From NCBI GenBank assembly GCA_965112155.1, contig OZ218098.1: a stretch of 64,000 bases of DNA, one strand, 5' to 3'. The notes under the pieces are model-generated. The model was not told the DNA's origin, ran no database searches, and worked only from the letters and a program-made list of their open reading frames with translations. Shown here piece by piece: positions 36,415 through 48,630 of this stretch (the stretch's first letter is position 1; each line of letters starts with the position of its first letter). The position numbers and the translations under genes are program-made. This stretch comes from Podarcis liolepis. Lineage: Eukaryota.

Positions 36415-38199
36415 GTTTTTCTTCTTCTTCCTGCTGCAGCAGAGATATCATGTTTAGGCTAGAGATGCTCAGATAGTGCCTTTTGGATAGACTCTGTTCT
36501 GTTAGTCCTTGTTTATTGACTCAAGCGTGTCTCTTTATTTCCGAGTGAACTGAAATGCATCATTAAGTGAATGGAAAAATAACACATAATAGCTCCACTT
36601 CTTTTTCCCTGTGTAATTTTACTAGCTTTAAGTAGGATAGTTTGCAAAAGAGGGGGGGGCACAATTGCACAGAAAACACATTTCCCCTCTTCGTTTATGT
36701 ATGCACATCTTTCTTTTTCCTCAGAAGGAATGTTGGCTGTCTCCTACTCTATAATCAAAAATGGGATTTGCCATATACTGAATGAGACCACTCACCTATT
36801 AAGTGCAACACCTTCCATCATCTGCATTTGGTCTATATAATTGTGCAGCAAACGTGATATACACAGTTAAAAACTGCCTCGGATTCTGCTGCAGCTTGGA
36901 AATTCAAGGAGATCACAGAGATTCAAAAAGTCTCAGCCATCCAGTCTCAGCCATCCCCTTTGCAATGATTTTGAAGGCCCACAGTACACCTTGCAATTTG
37001 TATGTCTTGAGTTGTGCTAGAGGGCTTTGACACTTGCATCTTGAGGAAATGATGGCTATTCATTTAGTCTGGGGGTTCCAATATGGTATGTTCTAGAGGT
37101 TTGTACTACAACTCCAATCATTTCCGACCATTGCCCATGCTGGCTGGGGCTGATAAGCATTGTGGTCAACAACATCCGAAGGGCTCCACATTGGTTACCC
37201 TTGGTTTAGTCAAATAAATGACATGAATAAAATTGTATTTCTAGATCTGGCAAGAAGCCTTTTTCAGGCATGTACTATAGAAAACTCCTATGAGTTACAT
37301 GACATTGTGAATATCATTTCTTAGTATATAATAAAATTGCAAGGATGTTGTCATGCAGCAGTCTATGTGGCTGCCTGTTGGTGACCATGCAAACTACAGT
37401 GTAATGACAAAACAGCAGGCGAGTAGGAGAGGGAGGCAGGCAGAGAGAGAGAGTGAGCAAGTAAGTGGGTGACTCAGATGGACAGGCTGGTGGAGAGAAC
37501 TGGCAGGCGAGTGGGCAGGCAAGAGATTGGTGTGGGTGGAGCAAGTGAGCAGTGTTGGTATTGGCTGGCCCAGGCAAGCCACAGAGGAACATGTAGGAAG
37601 GTTGGGGCAGCCCCTCAGCATCAATCCTACTCTGCTGCCAACCTCACACCTTTCTCTTCTACATTCCTCTCCCCACACCAGTGGAATAGGGAAGGTATAA
37701 GCCACCCCACACTGATCCTAGCCATGGGGTGGCTTAGCCTTAGACCTTCCTCTTTCCATTTCATGCTGCTACTGCCACTTTCAGGGAAGAGGGGAATAAA
37801 GGAGAGAAAGTATTTCCCCCTCTTCCACTCCACTTGCTGTTGCTGTTGAAGGCAAAAGATGAAAACCAAGCGCTTAAAATATGTCGAATTTGATAATACT
37901 GTGGTCACTATTCCTATATGGTTGATCAACACTTTCTTCTTACACCAGGTTCTGAGTAAGTCTTTGGTCACCTCTCCACTGGTCAGTTCTATGTTCAAAT
38001 GTTCTAGAGCATAGTCATTCAGAAATTTATGGAAATATACTGCATATTTGATGAGATTGGGGGTAAATGAAGTCACCCAGGACTCCTTTAGATGTTTCCT
38101 ATGGTTTGCCTGGGATTTTTTTTGACATGGGGTGGGCACATGGATTTATATCGACACAAAATGTATCAAATTATTTTCCATTCCAAAGCCATGGTCATT

Positions 38200-38281
38200 C
38201 CTCCTCCTCCTCCTCCTCCTCCTCCTCCTCCTCCTCCTCCTCTTCTTCTTCTTCTTCTTCTTCTTCTTCTTCTTCTTCTTT
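38200..38281. repeat. Compound (CCT)n(CTT)n microsatellite
   Basis: Direct reading; source of the poly-S and poly-P/L ORFs. Confidence 0.97.
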
Positions 38282-39132
38282 CGAAAAAAGGAATATGGAT
38301 TGCCTCTCTAGATTTTCTAAATGTTCATTTTAGTTCTCCTTATACAGTTCACAAATCACATTACATTTTACATTTCTCTTATAGAAATTATCCTGTGTGT
38401 ACGAAGCCAAAGACAGCCAAATGAATATGTGTGCTTGTGCTTTCTAAATAAATGCAATCCATAAATAAAAGAAACACAGTTAATAAAGACCGAAAACAAA
38501 AATATATATAAAGAACAAAGGGGGCACCTAAAGCTTATGGCAGTGTCAATTTGGCCCTAATGACCCTCTTCTAAAACGTATTTATCTGGAAGTAACACAC
38601 ACATTTCAATGACACTTATTTGCCTCTTATTTCCAAGGATGTGTGATTATAATTGGTTTGTTTAAGCTATAACTACACTACACATAAGAGTGCATTCTCA
38701 ATTTCATTGTGATGTTTCAAGGTTAAGGGAGATATCCTAGAGGTAAAACTATGAGAGAGCTACAAACATCACAGTCCTGATTCAGGTCTAAAACTGAACT
38801 AATTTTTCACTCTAACTTCGAGTACAAGGTTGATTGTGGAAGGGGATTTGCCATAAAGGTGCCAAAGGATAGAGAGGCACCTATCTGCATCCGTAAGGAA
38901 TCATAGCCAATGAAGGATTTTCATTTTTATTGGAGGTTTGGGCTGTGCGTTGCTATTTTTTCCTTGTCCATGTGGGAAGTGGCACATTGAAACATGTTCA
39001 CCACCTTTTCTGGCCACCTTGAAAATGAGTGTGAGCACTGGCCGGGTGTTCAGATTTCAAACAGAGAATTTTATCAACAATGAACTACGTTCCAAATTTC
39101 ATTCCTATACTTCCATATCTCTGAGGCAGATA

Positions 39133-39569
39133 CAGGGCCGGATTTAGGTTTGATGAGGCCCTAAGCTACTGAAGGTAATGGGGCCCTTTATATGTCCAGC
39201 TGTCCTTTGTCAACAACAAATTTTAGTGTATTTTTGGTCTTTGTTAGAAGCCGCCCAGAGTGGTTGAGGAAACCCAGCCAGATGGGCAGGGTACAAATAA
39301 TTAATAATAATAATAATAATTATTATTATTATTATTATTATTGCTGTTTTTTGTGTTGAATATATGCTATATGGTAATTTCTGGACCTAATAGGTATCTA
39401 AAGCCATTTGCCACTGTTGCTGTATGTAGGTTTTATTTTATTTGTTTTTTATCTTTTATTTTGGGAATGTACATCCAGGGTTTTCCCCTTTAAATTTTTT
39501 GGGGGCCTCCAAGAGAGTGGCGCCCTAAGCTATAGCTTTTTTTAGCTTATACGTAAATCTGTTACACGG
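39133..39569. mobile_element. hAT (Tip100-like) element with nested L2 tail (~39228-39341)
   Basis: CAGGGCCGGATTTAG left TIR; decayed right end GTAAATCTGTTACAC; flanks GGCAGATA / GGCAGATC. Confidence 0.75.
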
Positions 39570-40304
39570 CAGATCCTACATTGCGCTCCATGTTAAATGA
39601 GGAGCCCAAGCTTCAAAGCAAGAATTATGTTGCAAATGCAGGAGATCTGAGGAGGACAAAGGCCAGAGGGGGAGTTCCATCACACAAGCAGAAATCCTTG
39701 CACTGATGGAACTCCTTGCTGACTGAGATCAGACGGGCCTCTCCCCTGCTGAACCTCAGATGCTTGGTGAATAATTGTTTTCTTTAGGAATTTCCTGATT
39801 TTATGGTTACTTTCAACTGGTTTCGTCATTTACATCTTTTTTGGCAACCCCGCTTTTCAACATGGTGTTAAGCATTATATGTTAAACATTAGACAAATCA
39901 AATAAATATAACCTCCCCACAGGAAAATCATGGCAAATGTTCAATAAAATATTGATGGGAAGACATCATGTAACCTCCATGCAAAATTTGAGCAAGCAAA
40001 TCAGGACGGATGCTCAATAAACAGGTCATCTGAATGAGCCCTTCGTTGCAGATCCTTAAATCTTATGAACCAACATAATAATCTCTCTGCAACGGGAGAA
40101 GTCACAGCTGCATGAATACTCTGAAATGCGGGCAGGCAAGTTTTTCAACGGATCCTGAAGAATCTACAGGATTTCATCTGCTCCGCCAGCTGTCGCCCAC
40201 ACTAGCTTTGAGTATGGGTTTCTCACCGAAATGTGATTAAAAATGCCCTTTTGGAGGTCCCTGTGATACAGATATACAGAGTACCTCTCAATTCTTTCCA
40301 GACT

Positions 40305-40458
40305 TTGAGGTCAGACAGTGACCAGACACGCAAATAACAGTCAAATTATGCAGGAAGTTGTCAAAGGAGTCCTAGCGCAGGCAGGGCTGACCTTTGAACT
40401 CTCTCCATGTCAAAGGGCCGGTTCAAGTTACTTTATAGTAATCTGTCACCATGGCAAC
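40305..40458. promoter_or_regulatory. Candidate enhancer: nuclear-receptor DR1 plus RFX X-box
   Basis: TGACCTTTGAACT (40388-40400) is AGTTCA-A-AGGTCA on the minus strand; GTCACCATGGCAAC (40445-40458) fits the X-box consensus GTNRCC(N0-3)RGYAAC. Confidence 0.45.
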
Positions 40459-40524
40459 CCTTCTGAGTGAATCAATTTGTAGACTTTGCTTCTAAAGCTT
40501 GCCTCCTACCTTTGCATGAAGAGA

Positions 40525-40527
<3 letters not shown>

Positions 40528-40575
<48 letters not shown>
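40528..40575. repeat. (AT)24 microsatellite followed by (GT)/(AC)/(AG)/(GAAT) runs
   Basis: Direct reading. Confidence 0.97.
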
Positions 40576-40580
<5 letters not shown>

Positions 40581-43089
40581 GTGAGAGAGTGTGTACACAC
40601 ACAGAGAGAGAGAATAAAAACAACAACCAGAATGAATGAATGAATGAACGAACGAATGAACAAATGAATGAATGGACAGAGGAAAGGACATGATCCAGTA
40701 GTCAGTAGTACACAATATTGGTTGCCTGGCTTATCGCTATTCATTGCAGTGGGATTGCACAGGAGAAATTTGCAATGAATTGTGCCTCATGACAATTTAA
40801 CTTTCAGAATGATTGTGCAGCGTGTGAAAACACCCCCACCACTTTCTTATTCCTGCTAGCATATATAAAAATATAGGACTGTGTTGTGTTGCTGGTTTAC
40901 GAGGGTGGGGGCTTGGTTCCCTTCTTACCATCTGGAAAGGCAACTACCTGGATTCACCCTGGAATAAAATTTTACAAATACGGGAAATCACACCTCCCTC
41001 AGACACTTTTAGATCTTGATTCTAATTATTTTTTCCTGTTTTTAAAAAAATAATTATTGATAATAATTATAATGTACTCTTAACAGCTTGGCTGGTCGTA
41101 TGTAAAACAAAACATTGCCACAACAAACAAATCAAAAACACAACATGATCAAACTCTCTAGGTAAATCAATCCTTAATGTATTGCATACTAATACAAATT
41201 CAGAAATACCCTATGCCTCAGTCATTAAAATCTAAAAACATTTAGCAGAGCAATCCAACCCACCCACCGCCATCCACCATGGTGGAAGGGGTATGCCTGT
41301 TGTGGCATAGGTCCCTGCATTCTGACTGTGGCAGGGAGAAGTAACTGGGCCAGCTAAGGATCCACAGGACCCTAAGGTGGTCCAGCTCCTGGCAATGGAC
41401 CCAATCCTGGCCTCTCAATTGTACCAGCCTGGAAGAGGTGTGGTGAGCAAACTGGATTTTCCTGTCCCCCACCTTCCACCCTGGCCAGTATGAGTGGGAG
41501 GGTTCTGCATGCAGTGGTGGCTGAGAGAGACCAAAAAATAAATTTGAAAAATCATCTCACTCAATAGTCGTCTGAGCAACAAGAGAAGCCAGAAGATGGT
41601 TGGAAGAAGGAAGGAGTTCTTCTCTGGCTTGAATTAAAATCTGAGTCAGAGAAGAACTCAGGACTGAGAATGCTCCCCTCATTCTTAAAAGTGAGCACTA
41701 CAAGCCACCAAAGAACATATTTAAAGAAAAGAATATGAGGATGGATTTAAGAAGTTTTATACAAATATTGAGTATTCTTAATTATGTTCAAAACATATCA
41801 TTTCCCCCTAGAAATCGGCCAGTACTTTAATAGAGAGAACAGTGCATTGGCGTAATGAGGGAGAATACTTAACGATCAGTTTTTATTGCTATTTTTGTGG
41901 GGTTTTTATTATGGTGCATTTTCATAAACCAATATTTAAGCATTAGGGGCAGAATAGTTGTAATTTTACAGATGAGCAATTTTTAGAGTATCCAACTCTG
42001 ATTCTAAAGGTCTCAGTCAATGAGGCAATTCCAACTTTTATTTGAGCTGGTATAAATTCAAGACCACCCAGTGAAATCAGGGGAAGTTACTTTAGATTGT
42101 TATCAGCTGCTTAACTCAATGCATGATGAGTCCTCGTGTTCTTCCGTCCTTCGACAATCTGGCTTTGCTGTGTTCTGTACTGGCTTCTTATTTGCAAAAA
42201 CAGCTTTCTAGTGTACCCATTTATATGAATAGCCATATGCTGAGGCTGGTACTATACGTTTAGGAAAGCGGTCGGGATTGTGCCACACAACTCTGCCTCC
42301 TTGGGACAATGGCCTGTTTCTTTTAGATGACGTGTCTATCTCCTCATTGCTATCATCACAACTTCCTCCTCCTCCAAAAGAAGTTCCTTTAACATCCCTA
42401 GCCCAGCTGAATGTATGTTGATTGGTGGGAGAATGTGGAATGCATGTTATTGGTCTCTGTGTGGAGTGAGAGCTATGGTAATAGTGGTTGTAAGAGTGGG
42501 AATGTCTGTAGTACCACAGATGAGAGGTGGGGTCAAGGTACCTGGATGCATGAAGATTGAATCTTGCGTCTGAGCTATTGGAAATGGACCCTTCTGGAGC
42601 AGTTGAATCTTTCGCATACTAATTTTTATTTCTAGGTTAGACAATATTATTTCCTGGTTGGTTTTAAGTTGTTAAATTAGGCTTGTTTATTTGTATTATT
42701 TTATACAAACAGGTGTGGGTTGATATTTTTATATTGATTGATTGATAATATTTCTAACTGCTGATATTATTTCTAATTGTTTCTACATATACATACACAC
42801 AGAAAAAAGGAGAATTGTTCTCTTGATATGTTGTGAGCCACTTTTGTATTATTATTATCTTTATTGCAAAACATACCACACAAATAGACAAAAACAATAC
42901 CACAATGACAACTAAACTTTAACTGACTACACATCATCTAACGTTACACATATTTTTTTACTTCCGAGTCACCTCGTTGTGCTTTCTAAATATTCTTAAC
43001 CTATACGCACTTCCTGTTATATCAATTACATATCAAGATTTTTTCCCCACATTTATAATTTTCTTTAATATTTAAGACTCAATCTCAAT

Positions 43090-43204
43090 GTTCAGGGAAG
43101 TTTTTAATCTGTGATATTTTACTGTATTTTTTGTTTCTATGGAAGCTGCCCAGAGTGGCTGGGGAAACCCAGCCAGATGGGCGGGGTACAAATAATAAAT
43201 TATT

Positions 43205-43240
<36 letters not shown>
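43090..43240 (+). mobile_element. L2 3' tail ending in (TTA)->(TTG)n
   Basis: AGGGAAGTTTTTAAT...GCTGCCCAGAGTGGCTGGGGAAACCCAGCCAGATGGGCGGGG. Confidence 0.85.
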
Positions 43241-43729
43241 ATCTATACCTGTCAGGAGATTTGCATTTTCACAATATGGTTTTAAATATTATTTAAGTAT
43301 TGTCCATTCTTTGCTCACTTTCTGATTTGAGTTTCCTTCCTCTTATTTTCCCAGTCATTTTCGCAAGTTCCAGGTATGCTATCATCTTCACCTGCCAGTC
43401 AAGCTTGTGTTGTGAGCCACTTTGGGCACAATTTTGCCGGAAAGCGGTATACAAATAAACTGATAATTATGACGATTGCAGTCACCACCTGCCAACGAGC
43501 AAGCAAGTAACAACATCTCCAGCTGCTCACTGCTGTTACCTGTGTCAGAGCAAATGACAGATGGACTTGCAAGCATGTCACCATGGTGAAGAGAAGCAAA
43601 AGTCCTGGCAAATGTGGCCATTGAAATGTGGGACCTCGGCACATGACTGGCCATGCTGGCCCTGACATCAACCCTGTGTGCAGCGGGAGCTCTCTGAAAA
43701 TACCTACATGCAGCCAATCATTGAACAGG

Positions 43730-44140
43730 AGGCCCTTCTCTTGGTCCCGCCACCCTCACAGGCATGCCTGGTGGGGACCCTGTAAAAGGGTCTTCTTGGT
43801 GGCTGCCCCCAGGTTCTGGAACTCCTTTCCTGGAGACGCTAGACAGGCTCCCTCCTTGTTGTCCTTCCACCAGCAGGTGAAGACCTTCTTGTTCCAAGAG
43901 GCTTTGGGAACTGACTGTTTTTAATGCCCGGGCTGGTGCCAGGCAGTTTTTATTGTAATTATTTGTATGTTTTAAACAGATTTTAATATATGTATGCAGT
44001 TTAAATTCTATTGATGTTTAATGGTTCACAATGATTGTTTTTCCTCCCTTTTGTTTGTAGAGATTCTTGTTTTAATCTGTAAGCTGCCTTGAGTCCTGTC
44101 AGGAAAAAAGGTGTGTTGTAAATAAATAAATAACAACAAC
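43730..44140 (+). mobile_element. L2 3' end (second subfamily)
   Basis: Encodes RVFLVAAPRFWNSFP...FHQQVKTFLFQEA; tail TGTAAGCTGCCTTGAG...AATAAATAAA. Confidence 0.75.
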
Positions 44141-44160
44141 AGAATGGGCAAGTTGCTATT

Positions 44161-44198
44161 GAGTGGCTGGGGAAACCCAGCCAGATGGGCAGGATAGA

Positions 44199-44249
<51 letters not shown>

Positions 44250-44370
44250 GTGGGGAAGCTTTTAATGTTTAATAGGTTATTGTATTTTAGTGTTCTGTTG
44301 GAAGCCGCCCAGAGTGGCCACCCAGCCAGGTGGGCGGGGTATAAATAATAAATTATTATTATTATTAATT
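44161..44370 (+). mobile_element. Two tandem L2 3' tails, each with (TTA)n
   Basis: GAGTGGCTGGGGAAACCCAGCCAGATGGGC+(TTA)n at 44161-44249, then a second tail at 44252-44370. Confidence 0.85.
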
Positions 44371-45283
44371 TCATTTAAAGCCAGCTTGCTTTCCTGTTCA
44401 GCCAAGTGATTGGCTGCAGGGCAGGGGTGAAATCACACACACAATTGGCTGCATGCATGCTTCTTTCCCTGTACCTCCAGCCATTCTATGTATATTTAGG
44501 ATATTTGGGATATTTAAATAGGCCTCTTAATAACTGGAAGCAGGCCTGTCTTACAGTTCTCTTATCTCCTCAGCTGTTGCCTGAGCAAATGCTGGCTAAT
44601 CTTTTTCCCCCTCCCGATTTCCTCTTCCAGGAACACTCTGAAGTTTCTCTTGCGTCTGCCAAGGTTTTGCTCTTTCCCTCTTAGTGGGACTGCTGTGCTA
44701 ACACCGGTGTGAAATAAGTAGAAAAGAAGTGCTTGTTTATGCACAGTGGTTGATTGCCGTTTTGGCAAGCTGCGTGCGATGGGACGGGCCTTGTTTAACG
44801 CGTTCAGAAAAGTTTTCCTTGAGACAGCCAGAAACTTTTTTTTCTTTTTCTTTTTTGCAAGTGCTCTTTTTCTCTAAAATCAGACCTCAAGCGGCGCAGT
44901 GCGCCAAAAGTATTAAGCATCTTCAAGTATTTTAAAGATTCTTTGAAATCGGGCACTATCAGGAGTGGGGCATGTGGGAAAATAATCTTCACCATGGGGA
45001 CTGGGCACAGGACATGGTGAGATGGGCTGAAGGTTGCTGTATCTCAAAAATGAATTTCTTATGTATTCAAAGCGGAAGTAGTTATGCTTTCAACAATTCC
45101 AACAACAACAACAACATTGCATCTTTTGAATATTCATTCACCAGTGATTTTCTGAATATTTATAGCAAGAGGGAAGGGATTTGAAATAATTTATTTATTG
45201 TACTCTACCACTGTGGGCAGCGTCCAACAGTATATGAAAGAACAAAACAAAACAAAACATCACATATTCAAAGCTTCCCAATA

Positions 45284-45480
45284 CAGTTGTACCTCTGCTT
45301 ACATATCCCTCTGGATATGTAAACTTTGGGTTGCGAATGTGGCGGGTTTTGCTGTGCGCGCATGTGCAGAAGCGCTCTGTGCACCACACGCGTGCGCAGA
45401 AGGACACCTCCAGTTACGAAGTTTTCAGGATGCAGCCGGGCCTCCGGAACGAATCCCGTTCGTAACCGTAGGTACCACTG
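45284..45480. mobile_element. Tigger-like MITE with TA TSD
   Basis: CAGTTGTACCT / AGGTACCACTG termini, TA flanks; body shared with 25148 (GGGCCTCCGGAACG.ATCCCGTTCG). Confidence 0.85.
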
Positions 45481-45942
45481 TATATTGTTGTTGTTGTTAA
45501 TTTTGTATATCACCCTTCATCCAAAGATCACAGGGTGGTTAAAAAAAACATAAAAATGAAAAATGAAAACACAAAATACATAGAAAAATGAAAGCAAAAC
45601 AAACCAATAACCCCTCTCCCGCAGACACATTTCAAAGGCCATAGACTGTTAATCAGCCAAACGACTGGTTGAAGAGAAACGTTTTCACCAGGTGCCTAAA
45701 GATATGTAATGAAGATGCCCGGTGAGCTGCTCTGGGGAGAGCATTCGACAAATGGGGAGCAACTGCAGAACAGGCTCACTCCAGGGTTGCCACCCTCTAG
45801 AAGTCTCATGGGGGAGACATATGAAGAAGGGCTTCATCAGGCATTGACATTTCCACCTGCCTTGCCCCCCCCCCCAGCCTTTCCCACACTATGACTTTGA
45901 GAACAATAGCAGCAACGGCGAAGAGGAGTTCAGGGGTGTTTT

Positions 45943-45987
<45 letters not shown>

Positions 45988-46692
45988 TTATAAATTGTGC
46001 ATCTTTGTTTCTCAATTTGATCCTTTTACATGGTTGTGTATGTTTTGTGGTATTTTATGCATTGTGATTTGCTATTACTTCTCTTGGTCATAGATTGGTA
46101 ATTCTTTATTGTGGTTGATAAGTGTGAGTTGTTTCATTAATATTATTATTTGTTGATGTTTAATTTTACTGTTCGATTTTGACATATTAATATTGCTTTA
46201 TTTGATACAGCTTGTTTGTGTTAAAGTTATTGTGACTTTTATATTGGATCAGATTGTTGCTATTAATGTTTGGTGTATTATTGTGTTTCTATGTGTTGTC
46301 CAGTGTGAGGTTGCTGGACTCGATGGACCTCTGATCTGATCTAGTAGTTGGTCTCTGTGTGTGTGTCTATAGCTCTATAATGTTAAAGAGAAAGTGAGCT
46401 GTTTGGTACATGGAATTTTTTTAATATCTTTTTTGTGACCGGGGAAAATTGTCAAGTGCAACTTATTATGTGACACCTGCAAGAATCATCTTTTTTTGTG
46501 AAAATCTGGTTGACTTGAAACCATCTCCATGCTGATTAAAGTCAGGCAAAAAGCCCAAATCCCCAAGTACTAATTTAACAGCTTGAAAAATGGAAGCAGG
46601 GCAGAACTGAAGGGGGAGTGGTGGGCTGAGATTTCAAAATGAAACTAAATGTAGCACCAAAGTTAAAAAGTATGCCTAACTTCCTTTTGTAG

Positions 46693-47011
46693 GTCTTTTT
46701 AGTGAAGATCTTTAACATACATCAAGGAAGGAGAGTTGCGTTTGCAGATTCCATTGCCTTCACATGTGCAAGGCTATGATAAAGAGGCACTTGTTCCTAA
46801 TCCGTCACACCCTGTCTCATGGTCACCTCAGGCTACGGAGAATTTTATCTGTGCCACCAGCTTTGCTTGAATAAAAAGATGTATCTAGCCCTCATGGTTG
46901 TGAAGGAAACGCTCAAAAGATGACTGCTGTTTTGTTTCGCTGAGCAAAACATTCCCATTTGGAGCCACTCTTGCTACACACAACTTATTGGGATCACACT
47001 CACTGAAACAG
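46693..47011 (+). other. Candidate non-coding exon (319 nt)
   Basis: CCTAAC-TTCCTTTTGTAG acceptor and CAG|GTATGT donor; all three frames contain stops. Confidence 0.2.
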
Positions 47012-48281
47012 GTATGTTATTTTTTTGCTGTCGTTGCTGCAGTTGCGATGGGGGAAAGGCACCCCTGCTATACGCATTCGCCTCACAAAGATGCTTAAAG
47101 TTCAGAAGCCCCATCTACCTTGGCAGATGTCGACCGCAGAGTAGAGCCCCCTGTAAAGGCAGGGAAAGTCCTAGCCTGGTTTATTAACATAGCTTCATTA
47201 GAATGCACTGAGTAGCCTTCCATTTCCTCTTCTTCCTTTTCCCAAGCAAGAAAACATCACAGACGACTTTCCACCACATGTTTGTTAATATAAAAATTAC
47301 CATATCAATAACATGCCATTACCAGAGGAAGGTTGTCCGTCTCTGAAGGTTTCACATCATTGTCAGGCCAGATCAGAAGCACGTCTTGGTCCAGGGTGGT
47401 TTCCCCTTCTTCCTCTCTTCTTTTCTGCCCCCCTCCCCATCTTCAGTTTGCCACAGCACGGTTTTTCTTTTTTTCTTTTCTCCTTGGCATTAAGTGCAGC
47501 ATCGAGGCACTCAAGCCATGTTGAACCCACAGATTGGGTGGGGAGAACTCCCAGCTAAACCTCCTGGTGGAAAATGAAGAGCTTCCAAGCTCTGAACTAG
47601 AGACTGTGGGACACTCCAACCTTTCTGGTGGGGGAATCTGAATTGTCCCACCAAATGTCCAACTTTACTAAACTATTGTAATAGGAAGCTGAGTGGCTTT
47701 GTGTGCAGAAGTGTCCAGGTTCAATTATGCAGGTAGGGGTTGGATAGAACTCTGGCTACAGAGCTACGGCAAGTCAGTGTAGACAATACTGAACCAGGTG
47801 GGCCAATGGGCCAACTCAATCTAAGACAGTTTCCAAGTAGGGCTATCTTTGAAGATGGTTGAGAAGCTTCTGATGGTTTAAATTTGAGCTGTCAGAATGT
47901 TTGGGAGAGCCAAGTGGCAGTAGCTAATGGTGGGGCGGGGTAGTGGTGCTCACCTAATCACCTCCTAATCTCCTAATCACTGGGTTTCTGCTGCCTGCCA
48001 GGAAGGAGAGGAGGAAGAGAGAGGTGGTGGGGGATGTGGCACAGTGCAAATGCACCAAGGGAGCCAATCTGTTCTTTTGATTTGCACCATGTTGACCTTC
48101 CTCTTGTCCCACCCCTTCCCCTCTCCTTCCCAGTAAGCAACAACAACACTGCTGTTGGGAGGCCAGGTGAGCACTGTTGCCCTACCACTGCTACTGCTAG
48201 GCAGTGTTGATGATATTGCATGAGTTTTGCATCAGTTACCAAACTCAGATAGCAGTTTAAGATGCTACTACTTTCCTTTAA

Positions 48282-48630
48282 GGGATGCGGGTGGCGCTGT
48301 GGGCTAAACCACAGAGCCTACGACTTGCCAATCAGAAGGTCGGTGGTCTGAATCCCTGCAACGGGGTGAGCTCCCGTTGTTTGGTCTCACCTCCTGCCCA
48401 CCTAGCAGTTCTAAAGCACATCAAGTGCAAGTAGATAAATAGGTACCACTCTGGCGGGAAGGTAAACGGCGTTTCCATGCACTGCTCTGGTTCGCCAGAA
48501 GCGGCTTAGTCATGCCGGCCACATGACCCGGAAGCTGTACGCCGGCTCCCTCGGCCAATAAAGCGAGATGAGCGCCGCAACCCCAGAGTCGGTCATGACT
48601 GGGCCTAATGGTCAGGGGTCCCTTTACCTT
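48282..48630 (+). mobile_element. Sauria SINE (subfamily C, POM-like) inserted in an old L2 fragment
   Basis: Full length; perfect 13-bp TSD TACTTTCCTTTAA (48269-48281, 48631-48643). Confidence 0.95.

Noticed and set aside
38067-38424. Poly-Ser and poly-Pro/Leu ORFs
   Set aside because: Microsatellite translation.
42123-42243. C/D-box snoRNA-like ATGATGA...CTGA
   Set aside because: No terminal stem and no recognisable rRNA/snRNA guide.
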